Source of the DNA: an uncultured Chloroflexia bacterium
Lineage (GTDB): Bacteria; Chloroflexota; Limnocylindria; QHBO01
Direction of reading: 5' to 3'
NCBI GenBank assembly: GCA_963814375.1
Contig: CAWFCQ010000004.1
Location: 1 to 64,000 of the forward strand
DNA length: 64,000 nucleotides
Part shown: positions 11,164 to 20,553 of the stretch, one piece after another
Position numbering within the stretch: position 1 is the stretch's first letter
Layout of the letters: each line of letters opens with the position of its first letter
Made by a program: the position numbers and the translations under genes
Notes under the pieces: model-generated
The model's database searches: none
The model's input: only the letters and a program-made list of their open reading frames with translations
Told to the model about the DNA's origin: nothing

Positions 11164-11186
11164 TTACGTAGCAGAGTCGCATCCGA

Positions 11187-11493
11187 ATGCCAGTCACCGA
11201 CGTAACGAACGACCCCTCGACGCTCCTTCTCATCAGCCTCGCGGCCGGGCCGAAGCACGGCCACGCGATGCTGCTGGACGTCGAGGCGTTCTCCGGTCGC
11301 CGACTGGGACCGGGCACGCTGTACGGGGCGCTCGGCCGTCTCGAGGAGGATGGACTCGTCGAGCCGCTTGCGGCGCAGGGCCGCCGCCGACCGTATCGGC
11401 TCACTCGCAGCGGACGGGCCGAGCTGGATCAGCGGCTTGGGGCGGCTCTCCGTTGCCCTCCGGGTCGGCCGGCAGCGGCTGTCGGGAGCCTGA
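11187..11493 (+). CDS. PadR family transcriptional regulator (probable extra G in GGGG 11439-11442)
   Basis: LLISLAAGPKHGHAM..LGPGTLYGALGRLEEDGLV..YRLT; corrected frame ends LSVALRVGRQRLSGA-TGA overlapping the next ATG. Confidence 0.8.
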
Positions 11494-12059
11494 TGCCGGT
11501 GCGCTCACCCTTCGTCCATGCCGTTCTCCGGCTGTACCCGCGTCGATGGCGGGATCGCTACGGGGACGAGGTGATCGCCCTCATGGACGAGGCCGGCGGC
11601 GGAATGGGCGACATGGTCGACCTGCTGCTCGGCGGGCTCCGTCAGCGCCGCAGGCAGCTAGGTGGAGGTGACACGATGTCGGTGAGAACGAAGAAGTGGA
11701 TGACCGTCGTCGGCGGCCTGGTGGCGATCCTGGTGGCCATGCCGACCGCCATCTTCATCGGTCTGTCGCTGGCGTACCCCGGCGTCGAGTTCAAGGGAGT
11801 CGAGTGGCCGCTCGGGATCCAGGTCGAACCGCTCCTCAACTGGCTCATCCCGGTGCTGCCCGCGCTCGCACTGCTCCTTGCGGTGGCGCCGGTCGTGCGG
11901 ATCGGCGCTCGGCGCGACAGCTCCGGGGCACCGGTCGTCAGCGCGCGAATTCTGCCGGTGCCGCGACCGTTGCTCCTGGTGATCGGAATCTGCGCCGCGC
12001 TGCTGGGAGTGGTGATCGCGTATGGGGTCAGCGAGAACCTGCTCGAGGCGCTTCGCTAG
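11493..12059 (+). CDS. PadR-associated membrane protein
   Basis: LRLYPRRWRDRYGDEV motif typical of PadR-partner membrane proteins, about 3 TM segments; TGATG coupling to padR. Confidence 0.7.
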   Translation: MPVRSPFVHAVLRLYPRRWRDRYGDEVIALMDEAGGGMGDMVDLLLGGLRQRRRQLGGGDTMSVRTKKWMTVVGGLVAILVAMPTAIFIGLSLAYPGVEFKGVEWPLGIQVEPLLNWLIPVLPALALLLAVAPVVRIGARRDSSGAPVVSARILPVPRPLLLVIGICAALLGVVIAYGVSENLLEALR

Positions 12060-12772
12060 GCCTCGTGCTCGTGGGTCTCGCCCGGCTCGAGCTCGACCAC
12101 CTCGATCGACGTCGCGTCGCGCAGCTGGTCCGGCGTGCCGGCGAGGATCGGGAAGGTGCCGTAGTGGACGGGGATGACCTTCGAGGCGCCGATCATCTCG
12201 AGCGCACGGCCGGCGTCCTCGGGGCCCATCGTGTAGTGGCCACCGATCGGCAGGACCGCGATCTCCGGCTCGAAGCGCTCGCGGACGAGGTTCATGTCGC
12301 CGAACAGGTCGGTGTCGCCGGCGTGGTAGACGGTCGTGCCGTCCTCGAAGTCGATGACCCAGCCCCAGCAGCCGAGGTCGCGGGTGACCTGGTCCGCGCC
12401 TGAGCCGAGTGTTGCTCCGCCGGAATGGTCGGCGTGGACCATCGTGAATCGGATGCCGGCGGCCTCGACCGTGCCGCCCTTGTTCATCCCGATCGCCTCG
12501 ATCCCGCGCGCGCCCAGCCAGACGCTCATCTCGTGCGAGCCGATGGTCGCCGCGCCCTCGACACTGGCCAGCTCCACCAGATCGGCGCAATCGTCGCCGA
12601 CGTGGTCGAAGTGGCAGTGGGTCGGCGCCACCACGCTGACCTGCTCGGCCGTGCGGTATCCCTCGGCATAGTTCGGCGCGCCGGTCCATCGGTCGACCCA
12701 GACCCAGGCGTCGTCGGGCGACTGGTACAGGACGCCGCCGTGCCCGAGGCGGGTGATGCGCAGGTTCGCCAT
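12056..12772 (-). CDS. Metallo-beta-lactamase fold hydrolase (UPF0173-like)
   Basis: ITRLGHG, THCHFDH, GMNKGG, HADHS, YHAGDT, LPIGGHYTMGP, IPVHYGTF. Confidence 0.88.
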   Translation of the reverse strand: MANLRITRLGHGGVLYQSPDDAWVWVDRWTGAPNYAEGYRTAEQVSVVAPTHCHFDHVGDDCADLVELASVEGAATIGSHEMSVWLGARGIEAIGMNKGGTVEAAGIRFTMVHADHSGGATLGSGADQVTRDLGCWGWVIDFEDGTTVYHAGDTDLFGDMNLVRERFEPEIAVLPIGGHYTMGPEDAGRALEMIGASKVIPVHYGTFPILAGTPDQLRDATSIEVVELEPGETHEHEA

Positions 12773-12804
12773 CGGTCCTTGTCCTCCGTTGTGGTCCGCG
12801 TCAC

Positions 12805-12831
12805 TGTAGCGGCCGTGCGATGTGCTACAAT
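12805..12831 (+). promoter_or_regulatory. Toxin-antitoxin promoter/operator
   Basis: TGTAGC 12805-12810 and GCTACA 12824-12829 inverted repeat overlapping an extended -10 (TGcTACAAT), 8 nt before the antitoxin ATG. Confidence 0.5.
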
Positions 12832-12839
12832 TGTGCGTC

Positions 12840-13136
12840 ATGAATGTACGAAAGCCCGAGCGGGTCGGGATCCGCGAGCTACGGCAGAACCTGTCGGTCT
12901 ACGTGAAGCGCGTGCGTGAAGAGGGTCGCGCCTACGAGGTGACCGAGCGCGGTGAGGCGGTGGCACGCCTGACGCCGCTCGAGGATCGGCCGATGGGGAT
13001 TGTTGAGCGGATGATCGCCGAAGGGCGGGCGACAGCTCCCACGATGGGCTGGGAGGACCTGCCTCCGCCGCTCGAGCTTCCGGGACGCCAACTCTCCGAA
13101 ATCCTTCAGGACATGCGAGACGAGGACCCGCGTTGA
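12840..13136 (+). CDS. vapB: Type II antitoxin, Phd/YefM (prevent-host-death) family
   Basis: RVGIRELRQNLS.YVKRV..G..YEVTERGEAVARLTP; overlaps the PIN gene. Confidence 0.85.
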   Translation: MNVRKPERVGIRELRQNLSVYVKRVREEGRAYEVTERGEAVARLTPLEDRPMGIVERMIAEGRATAPTMGWEDLPPPLELPGRQLSEILQDMRDEDPR

Positions 13137-13531
13137 CCACGGTGTATCTCGATGCATCGGCGTTGGTCAAGACCCTTGTACGTGAATCCGAGACTGACGC
13201 GCTGCGCAGCTACTTGGCGAGTCAAGAACGGCGGGTCACGAGCCGGGTGGCGACGATCGAGATTCCCCGCGCGGTAGCCCGCAAGCAGCTCCAGGAGCCC
13301 ACCGCGACGACCATCGAGTCAGGGCTCGGCGCTCTCGCGCTCATCGAGCTCACGGAAGAGATTGCCGCGGCGGCCGCAAGAGTCTCGCCTCCGTCGCTCC
13401 GCACCCTGGACGCGATCCATCTCGCATCGGCACTGACGCTCGGTAATGAGCTGGTGGCAATGGTCACGTACGACGTGCGCCTGGCCGATGCGGCTCGATC
13501 CCTCGGTTTGCCGGTCGAAGCGCCCGCCTGA
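13133..13531 (+). CDS. vapC: Type II toxin, VapC PIN domain
   Basis: VYLDASALVK, LRTLDAIHLASA, VTYDVRL. Confidence 0.9.
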   Translation: MTTVYLDASALVKTLVRESETDALRSYLASQERRVTSRVATIEIPRAVARKQLQEPTATTIESGLGALALIELTEEIAAAAARVSPPSLRTLDAIHLASALTLGNELVAMVTYDVRLADAARSLGLPVEAPA

Positions 13532-13540
13532 CGCATCGGC

Positions 13541-14242
13541 TCAGCCGGGGACGAGGAGCCGGCCGGCATCTGCGATGCGGCGCAGCCAGGGCAGCTCCCG
13601 CCCGATCGTCGTTTCCGGGCCGTGCCCCGGGAGCACGCGGACTGATTCCGGGATTTCGCGCGCCAGACGCGCGAGCGAGGCGACCATCTGCTCATCGTTG
13701 CCGCCGGGAAGATCGGTCCGGCCGTACGAGCCGGCGAAGAGGACATCGCCGGCCAGGAGCAGGCCAAGGCGCTCCTCGTAGAGGCAGACCGACCCCTCGG
13801 TGTGGCCCGGCGTGTGGAGCACGTCGAGCACGAGGTCACCGATGCGGACCTGCTCGCCCTCGCGCAGGTCACGCGTGGCCCTCACGGCCTCGACCTCGAA
13901 GCCGTAGTTGTTCGTGCCGTCGAGCCGATAGGCGTCGTCGGGGTGGATCGCAAGCGGCGCCTCGCTCGCCCGCATCAGCGGCCCGTTGTCGAAGATGTGG
14001 TCGATGTGCCCGTGCGAGTCGGCGATGAGGTGGAGGCGCAGGCCGTTCTCCGCCACGCGCTCCATCAGCGGCCCGGCAGCGCCCATGCCGGGATCGACGA
14101 CGAGGGCATCGGGCGATCGGCCATCCCAGACGAGGTAGGCGTTCGTCTGCCACGGCCCGAATGCGGCGACCTCGAGTCCGATGCCGTGATCGGCATCCTC
14201 GGCCGGCTCAGACTGACGCTCGACCCGAGCCTCGTCGGTCAC
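13541..14242 (-). CDS. MBL-fold metallohydrolase (glyoxalase II/YcbL-like)
   Basis: GPWQTNAY, VVDPG, SHGHIDHI, HTPGHTEGS, AGDVLF, GRTDLPGG, PGHG; GTG start overlaps the upstream stop. Confidence 0.88.
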   Translation of the reverse strand: MTDEARVERQSEPAEDADHGIGLEVAAFGPWQTNAYLVWDGRSPDALVVDPGMGAAGPLMERVAENGLRLHLIADSHGHIDHIFDNGPLMRASEAPLAIHPDDAYRLDGTNNYGFEVEAVRATRDLREGEQVRIGDLVLDVLHTPGHTEGSVCLYEERLGLLLAGDVLFAGSYGRTDLPGGNDEQMVASLARLAREIPESVRVLPGHGPETTIGRELPWLRRIADAGRLLVPG

Positions 14243-14985
14243 GCGACGCTCCGGAATCGATCGGCCTGGGCCGGGATCGTGTCGGTGACGCGCACCCAGG
14301 CGCCATCGCGATGCATCTCGAGCTCTCGGAAGGCGCACGGCACCGCGCGGGCGGTCATCGGATCGGGGCCGTCCATAACCTGAAAGTGCAGATGCGGCGC
14401 CGTCGAGTTGCCGGAGTGCCCGACCCGGCCGATGACCTCGCCGGCACGCACCGGGGCACCGGCCTCGACGGTGACCGAGCCTGGTACCAGGTGGGCGTGG
14501 GCGGAGTACACGTCGCCGTGGCGCAGGACCACGTGGTTCCCCGCGACCGACTTGAATCCCTTCTTCGGGTCGAAGGTGACCGCCGTCCACAGGACGCCGG
14601 CAAGCTCTCGCAGCGGATGGATCCAGCCATGCTCGGGGATGCCATCGACGGCGGCCACGACCTCGCCGTCGAGAGGGGCGTGCACCGTCTGGCCCCAGCC
14701 GTAGCACTCGCTCGTTGGCACGCCGAGCGTCATCGACCGCAACCCGCCGGCGGGACTGACGTTCCACCCCGGGCGGTCCGGGTCGACACGCAGCAGATCG
14801 AAGGCATAGCGCTGCGCCAGCAGATCGGTGCCGTGACTCGGGATGCGCGTCGCGGGCGTGTGGTACGCCCGCCACTCCCCGCGCAGGGGGAAGTCGACGA
14901 CGAGCGCGGCATCCAGCTCGCCGCTGGTGCCGCTACTGTTCGCGTCCACCGGCGGGTCCGATGACGCCGGAGGTTCCGTCGGCAA
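14239..14985 (-). CDS. M23 family metallopeptidase-like protein (start uncertain)
   Basis: SHG..QRYAFD, APLDGEVV, AGNHVVL, AHAHL, GHSGNSTAPHLHFQ. Confidence 0.82.
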   Translation of the reverse strand: MPTEPPASSDPPVDANSSGTSGELDAALVVDFPLRGEWRAYHTPATRIPSHGTDLLAQRYAFDLLRVDPDRPGWNVSPAGGLRSMTLGVPTSECYGWGQTVHAPLDGEVVAAVDGIPEHGWIHPLRELAGVLWTAVTFDPKKGFKSVAGNHVVLRHGDVYSAHAHLVPGSVTVEAGAPVRAGEVIGRVGHSGNSTAPHLHFQVMDGPDPMTARAVPCAFRELEMHRDGAWVRVTDTIPAQADRFRSVA

Positions 14986-15751
14986 AACGCAGCCCCAGAT
15001 GCGCCGCGATCTGGCCCGCCAGCTCCCGCTCGACCGCCTCCATCGGCACCGATGCCCCGACCTCGCGAGCCAGCGAGGTGACCTCCTTGTCGGGGAGCCC
15101 GCACGGGATCATCTCGTCGAACCAGCGCAGGTCGTTGTTCACGTTGAGCGCGAGACCGTGGGTCGTGACGCCGCGCTTGACCCGGACGCCGACGGCGGCC
15201 AGCTTCCGCTCGCCGTCGATCCAGATGCCCGGAGCGCCGTCGAGCCGATCCGCACTGATGCCGAACGCGGCCGCGGTGCCGATGACCGCCGCCTCGAGCG
15301 TGCGGACGTATCGGCGCAGGTCGAGCGGGTCGCGGAGCTCCAGGATCGGGTAGGCGACGAGCTGGCCGGGACCGTGGAACGTGATGTCACCGCCGCGATC
15401 GATCCGAACGAGCTCGGCGCCAATCTCGCGCAGCCGCTCCGGTGTGGCCAGCATGTTGGCCTCGTCTCCACCGCGGCCGATGGTGTACACCGGGAAGTGC
15501 TCGAGCAGCAGCAGCCGATCGCCGATGCGCCGGGTGCGACGCTGCTCGGCGAGCTCGTCCTGGAGCTCCCACGTCGGCCGGTACGCGACGGTGCCGAGAC
15601 GATCGACGATGAGCAGGCCGCCGTGTCCGAGCAGGAGGGGATGCGCGTCGGTTGCGGGGCGATAAGGCGCGTCCGGGTCCGGGCGTCGTGGCTCGGTGTC
15701 TGGTTCCGCCGGCGGCGCGCTGATGTCGCGGAACGGTGTGTCGGTCGCCAT
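14933..15751 (-). CDS. lipB: Lipoyl(octanoyl) transferase
   Basis: LLLEHFPVYTIGR, DRGGDITFHGPGQLVAYPI, KLAAVG, HGLALN, PCGL. Confidence 0.95.
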   Translation of the reverse strand: MATDTPFRDISAPPAEPDTEPRRPDPDAPYRPATDAHPLLLGHGGLLIVDRLGTVAYRPTWELQDELAEQRRTRRIGDRLLLLEHFPVYTIGRGGDEANMLATPERLREIGAELVRIDRGGDITFHGPGQLVAYPILELRDPLDLRRYVRTLEAAVIGTAAAFGISADRLDGAPGIWIDGERKLAAVGVRVKRGVTTHGLALNVNNDLRWFDEMIPCGLPDKEVTSLAREVGASVPMEAVERELAGQIAAHLGLRFADGTSGVIGPAGGREQ

Positions 15752-15757
15752 CGGCGC

Positions 15758-16814
15758 CTAGATGACGGCTGCGGCTTCGCGCCCGGGCACCTGCTCCGCG
15801 GCGTGGTAGCTGGAGCGCACGAGCGGCCCCGCCTGGACGTGCTTGAAGCCCATCTCGAGGCCGATGCGCCGCAGGGCCATGAACTCGGCCGGCGTGTAGT
15901 ACTTGACCAGCGGCAGGTGCTGCCGGCTCGGACGCAGGTACTGGCCGATGGTCAGGACGTCGACGTCGGCCTCCCGCAGCCGCGCCATCGCCTCCACGAT
16001 CTCGTCCCAGCTCTCGCCCGAGGCCGAGCATGATCCCGGTCTTCGTGACCATGGCATCGAAGCCGATCTCGGCCGCGAAGGCGCGCCCCTGGGTCAGTAC
16101 GGAGACCGATCGGTCCCACCGCGCCCGGCGCCTGACGGGCTTCTGGAGCCGCGGTACGGTCTCGACGTTGTGGTTGAGGATGTCGGGCTGAGCCTCGACC
16201 ACCGTGCGGATGTCGTCCGGACGACCGTTGAGATCGCTGATGAGGACCTCGATGCTCGTCCCGGGGTTCTCGAGGCGGATCTGGCGGATCGTCTCGGCCA
16301 CCATCTGCGCGCCGCCATCGGCGAGGTCGTCGCGGGCGACCATGGTGACGACGACGTGCTTGAGGCTCATGAGCTTCGTCGCCTCGGCCACGCGCCGCGG
16401 CTCATCCCAGTCGGTGATCGGCGGACGGCCGGTGTCGATCGCGCAGAAGCCGCAGTTCCGGGTGCAGACGCTGCCGAGAATCATGAAGGTCGCCGTGCCG
16501 AGCGCCCAGCACTCGCCGATGTTCGGGCAGCGCGCCTCCTCGCAGACCGTGTTGAGGGACTCGTCGCGAAGGACGTGCTTCGTGTTCGCGTAGGTGCTGC
16601 CTGCACCGATGCGGACCTTCAGCCAGTCGGGCCGCCGCCCACCCGGACCGGCATTCTCCGGAAGGGGGTCTCCGGGGCCGAGGAGGCCCCCATCGGTCTG
16701 CGGGCCGCCCGGATACATCACCTCCGACGGGGACGTGTGGCCGCCTGAGGGATTGCTGACGACGCTGAGCTCACCGAGCGTCGAGAAGTCCGGGCGCGCA
16801 GGGTCGAGGGCCAT
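15758..16814 (-). CDS. lipA: Lipoyl synthase (frameshift at ~16018, probable sequencing error)
   Basis: [41 protein letters not shown] then in the next frame TIGQYLRPS and [10 protein letters not shown]. Confidence 0.95.
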
Positions 16815-16849
16815 GCCGAAAGTCTACCGAAGGGTCGTAGGATGCGCCG

Positions 16850-17587
16850 ATGAGCTCGGAGGCGGACATCGCTGATTCTCTGGAAGTGTCGCTTCGCGCG
16901 GCGGGAACGAAGCATCGCGCCGAGGGTGAGAAGGCGTACCTGAAGAGCGAGCTCGACTTCACCGGCACGTTGGTCTCGGCCACGCGCGCCGAGGTCGTGC
17001 GGCTCGACCGCGAGCTGACCCTCGACCACGACGGTCTCGTCCGACTCGCGGAGGCGCTCTGGGCGCAGCCGGTGTTCGAGCGCCGCCTTGCCGCAATCAT
17101 GTTCCTCCAGCGGCACGCCGGCTTCCTGACGGCAGACGACCTGGACCTCCTCGAGCGCCTCGTGCGCGACTCGCGGACGTGGGCCCTGGTCGACTATCTC
17201 GCCGTCGACGTCCTCGGGCGCCTGGTCGGGGCGGACCCGGACGGAGTGTCGCCTCTGATGGACCGATGGGCGACCGATGGCTATTTCTGGATCCGTCGCT
17301 CCTCCCTGCTCGCAGAGCTGCGTCCGGTCCGCGCCGGCGCGAGCCTGGACCGGTTCCTGGCGCGAGCCGATCCGATGCTCGAGGAGCGCGAGTTCTTCAT
17401 CCGCAAGGCGATCGGTTGGGTCCTTCGCGAGGCCGGCAAGCGCCAGCCGGAGGCGGTGGCCGAGTGGCTTGCCCCACGGACTGGCCGCGCCAGCGGCGTG
17501 ACCATGCGCGAGGCCGTCAAGTACCTGCCGGACGGCGTGGCTGAGCGCCTGATGACGGCCTACCGCGAGGGCCGCGCGGCGAACTGA
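16850..17587 (+). CDS. DNA alkylation repair protein (AlkD-like HEAT repeat)
   Basis: EKAYLKS, TWALVD, FWIRRS, EFFIRKAIGWVLRE. Confidence 0.85.
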   Translation: MSSEADIADSLEVSLRAAGTKHRAEGEKAYLKSELDFTGTLVSATRAEVVRLDRELTLDHDGLVRLAEALWAQPVFERRLAAIMFLQRHAGFLTADDLDLLERLVRDSRTWALVDYLAVDVLGRLVGADPDGVSPLMDRWATDGYFWIRRSSLLAELRPVRAGASLDRFLARADPMLEEREFFIRKAIGWVLREAGKRQPEAVAEWLAPRTGRASGVTMREAVKYLPDGVAERLMTAYREGRAAN

Positions 17588-17716
17588 AGTACCCGGGGGT
17601 CCCACCTCCGGCGCTCTCCGGCCGGACACCGCGACTGCCGCCGCCTGAGCGCGTGGTACGCGAGGGGCAGAGGTCCTATCGACCCCCCGGACCGCGCTGC
17701 ATATCGTGCGGCGGCA

Positions 17717-19549
17717 ATGTTGCTCGCTCGGCTGTCAGGTGGCCATCGGCGCCGCCCCATGCTGCTGGCGCTCGTCTTCGGCGTGGTTCTCGTCCTCGTC
17801 GGGGTGACGGCGAGCGCGCTTGTGGCCGTCGCATCCGCGCACCTCAAGTCGGCCACGCTGACCGGCGTCGTGTCACGCGACGCGTCGCTGGTCGAGCTCA
17901 TCGTCAACGGGACGCTGCGCCGCACCGACCTCGAGTCGGGTGGCCCGTCGGCGGCACGCATCGCCGAGCTGTCCGGCCTGCTCGAAGGGCTGACCGAGCG
18001 CGACGGAATCGCGCGGATCGAGGTTCGCTCGCTCGACGGCCGCGTCATCACCAGCAGTGACGCCGCGGTCATCGGCTCCGAGCCCGCGTCCTCGGCCGGG
18101 ATGCGCGCCGCGGTCGCCGGCGATCCACATGCAGCGCTCGTCGAGGCGGGCAGCCCTCTCGCGGCCAATCGGCTCGCTAATGCCGATGGAACGGTCCAGG
18201 AGTTCCTGCCCATCGTCGACGGCAATGGGAGCCCGCTCGCCGTCGTCGCCATGTGGCGCAACGCCGCGGGGCTGAACGCCAGCCTCGAGGCCACGAGCCG
18301 GGACGTGATGCTCGTGACGCTGGTGGCCGGGGCCCTGCTCAGCGCGCTTCTCTTCTTCGTCTTCCGCGCCGCGCAGTCGCGGCTCACGCGGCAGCATCGG
18401 CAGCTGATCGACGCCACCCGCCGCGACGCGCTGACCGGCCTCCTCAACCACGGCGCGGTCGTCGCGCTTCTTGCCGAGGCGGTGGAGGCGGCCCGCGCCT
18501 CCGGCTCCGAGATCGGCGTGGCACTCGTCGACGCGGACAACTTCCGGCTCTTCAACGACACCCATGGCCACGAGGCTGCCGACCAGGTGCTGCTGCGCGT
18601 CGCCGAGCAGGTCGCCGCCGAGGCCGGCGATGGGCACGTCGCCCGCTACGGGCCTGACGAGTTCCTCCTGGTGCAGCCCGGCGCCGGCGTCGCCGCGCTC
18701 GAGGCCGCCGTCGAGCGCATCCGGACCCGCCTGGAGGCCGAGAGCGTCCAGTTCGGCGACTCGGAGCGCCTGCCGATCAGCGTCAGCGTCGGCATCGGCG
18801 CGTACCCAGAGCACGCCTCATCGGTGACCGACCTGCTCTCGGCGGCCGCGGTCGCGCTGAGCGAGGCGAAGGCGAGCGGCGGGGACACGGTCTGCGTCGC
18901 GCGGGTGGGCGAGGAGGAGCGCGTCGTCGCCGGCAGCTTCGACGTCCTCCAGGGTCTCGTCATCGCCGTCGACACCAAGGACCGATACACGAAGCGCCAC
19001 TCCGAGGACGTGGCCCGCTATGCCGTCTTCCTCGCGCAGCGCATCGGCCTGGATGGCGAGATGCTGCGGACGATCCAGCTGGCGGGGCTGCTGCACGACA
19101 TCGGCAAGATCGGGATCCCCGACGTCGTCCTGCGCAAGCCCTCGAAGCTGAGCGACGAGGAATACGCGATGTTCCAGCAGCACGTGGCGCTGGGCGACGC
19201 CATCGTCCGCGACGTGCCGAACGTCGAGATCGTGCGGGCCGGGATTCGACACCACCACGAGCGGTGGGACGGGCAGGGCTACCTCTCAGGGCTGGAGGGA
19301 GACGAGATCCCGGTCATCGGCCGCATCCTCGCGGTGGCCGATGCGTTCAGCGCGATGACAACGACGCGCCCATACCGCAAGGCACTTTCCATCAACGAGG
19401 CGCTCAAGAGGCTCGGCGACGCCGCCGGCACCCAGCTCCAGGAGGAGCTGGTCACCGAGTTCATCACGGGGATCGAGACCGACGAGGACGCCCCGCTTCC
19501 CGGCGAGGAGCCGACCCAGCTGTGGAGGCCGGAGCTGTGGGTGGCGTGA
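17717..19549 (+). CDS. Membrane-bound GGDEF-like plus HD-GYP cyclic di-GMP metabolism protein
   Basis: Two TM helices around a sensor domain; DALTGLLN, DADNFRLFNDTHGH, RYGPDEF; HS.DV, LHDIGK, HHERWDGQGYL, RPYRK. Confidence 0.9.
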   Translation: MLLARLSGGHRRRPMLLALVFGVVLVLVGVTASALVAVASAHLKSATLTGVVSRDASLVELIVNGTLRRTDLESGGPSAARIAELSGLLEGLTERDGIARIEVRSLDGRVITSSDAAVIGSEPASSAGMRAAVAGDPHAALVEAGSPLAANRLANADGTVQEFLPIVDGNGSPLAVVAMWRNAAGLNASLEATSRDVMLVTLVAGALLSALLFFVFRAAQSRLTRQHRQLIDATRRDALTGLLNHGAVVALLAEAVEAARASGSEIGVALVDADNFRLFNDTHGHEAADQVLLRVAEQVAAEAGDGHVARYGPDEFLLVQPGAGVAALEAAVERIRTRLEAESVQFGDSERLPISVSVGIGAYPEHASSVTDLLSAAAVALSEAKASGGDTVCVARVGEEERVVAGSFDVLQGLVIAVDTKDRYTKRHSEDVARYAVFLAQRIGLDGEMLRTIQLAGLLHDIGKIGIPDVVLRKPSKLSDEEYAMFQQHVALGDAIVRDVPNVEIVRAGIRHHHERWDGQGYLSGLEGDEIPVIGRILAVADAFSAMTTTRPYRKALSINEALKRLGDAAGTQLQEELVTEFITGIETDEDAPLPGEEPTQLWRPELWVA

Positions 19550-20553
19550 TCCGCCGGATGAGCGTCCTGACCGTGGTCGCGCTTGGTGCGGCGTTGGCCG
19601 TCCCGCCGCCGGCATCGGCGCTGCTGGTCTGGTCGCTGACGCCTCTGACGGTGACAGCGACCGCCGGACAGCAGACGACGATCACGTTCACCGCCACGAA
19701 CCTCGACCCCCGGGATCTCGGCTGCGTTGAGATCGAGCTGCCCGACTCGTACACGTTTGTCGGGGTCGACGTCGGCCAGGCGTCGAACGGACGTGACTGG
19801 GACTGGTTCATCCTCGACCGGTTCGTGCACGTCCGCAGCATCGACGGTGGCGGACGCCTGGAGGTGGGGGAGTCGGTGACGTTCGGAGTGAAGCTGGTCC
19901 CGACCGCGGGCGTCGCGACCTGGTCGAACCATGCTCACCGGAGTCAGAACTGCGACGACGCGAACGAGATCGGCGTGCCGATCACGGCAACGATCCTTCC
20001 TCCGATCTTGCCGACCCCGAAGCCGACCCCCAAGCCGACGCCGAGACCGACTCCACGGCCGACGCCGCGGCCAACGCCGACCCCGACTCCGGTGGTCGTC
20101 CTGCCGACCGTCCCGGCCCTGCCGACCTTCTCGCCTCTGCAGCCGGACACGCCCCGGACCGGCCCATCGGCCGCGCCCAGCGGGCCGGCGCCGAGCGGGC
20201 CGGCGCAGACCGCAGCGCCGCGCGCAACACCGACGCCGAGCCCGACGGCCGAGTCGCCGGCCAGCCAGACACCATCCCCTGGCGTGGCTGCGCCCGCGCC
20301 GGCGTCACCGAGCGCAAGCGCCGGCGGTGCGGCGATGCTGACGCCGCGCGTCGTGGCCGACGAGGCGAGCATGGAGGTCGGCTTCGGCGAGATCGACCTC
20401 CTCGCCGGCGCCGAGGTGTGGGCGGTGCCGGCCGCCACGATCGGCGTGCCCGGACTGCTGATTCTGATCTGGGTCGCCCTCCAGGCGGTGGGAGCCCTGG
20501 CCTGGATTCCGGCGGTACGCCGCCTGCGCGGCGAGGACGAGCGCCTCGGCTAG
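19546..20553 (+). CDS. Secreted/surface protein with Ig-like N-terminal region, Pro/Thr-rich stalk and C-terminal membrane anchor
   Basis: Signal peptide ending PPPASA, beta-rich domain, (PTPK/R)n linker, C-terminal TM followed by RRLR; GTGA overlap with the upstream gene. Confidence 0.7.
   Translation: MIRRMSVLTVVALGAALAVPPPASALLVWSLTPLTVTATAGQQTTITFTATNLDPRDLGCVEIELPDSYTFVGVDVGQASNGRDWDWFILDRFVHVRSIDGGGRLEVGESVTFGVKLVPTAGVATWSNHAHRSQNCDDANEIGVPITATILPPILPTPKPTPKPTPRPTPRPTPRPTPTPTPVVVLPTVPALPTFSPLQPDTPRTGPSAAPSGPAPSGPAQTAAPRATPTPSPTAESPASQTPSPGVAAPAPASPSASAGGAAMLTPRVVADEASMEVGFGEIDLLAGAEVWAVPAATIGVPGLLILIWVALQAVGALAWIPAVRRLRGEDERLG

Noticed and set aside
11187-12059. Novel PadR-membrane fusion protein (290 aa)
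   Set aside because: One extra G in a G run explains it; the corrected frame gives a normal PadR end and a TGATG overlap
17588-17716. c-di-GMP riboswitch or a shared GGTC-N-GACC operator (also at 57899-57915)
   Set aside because: No recognisable riboswitch core; the two palindromes have different spacing (5 versus 7 nt) and are short for GC-rich DNA
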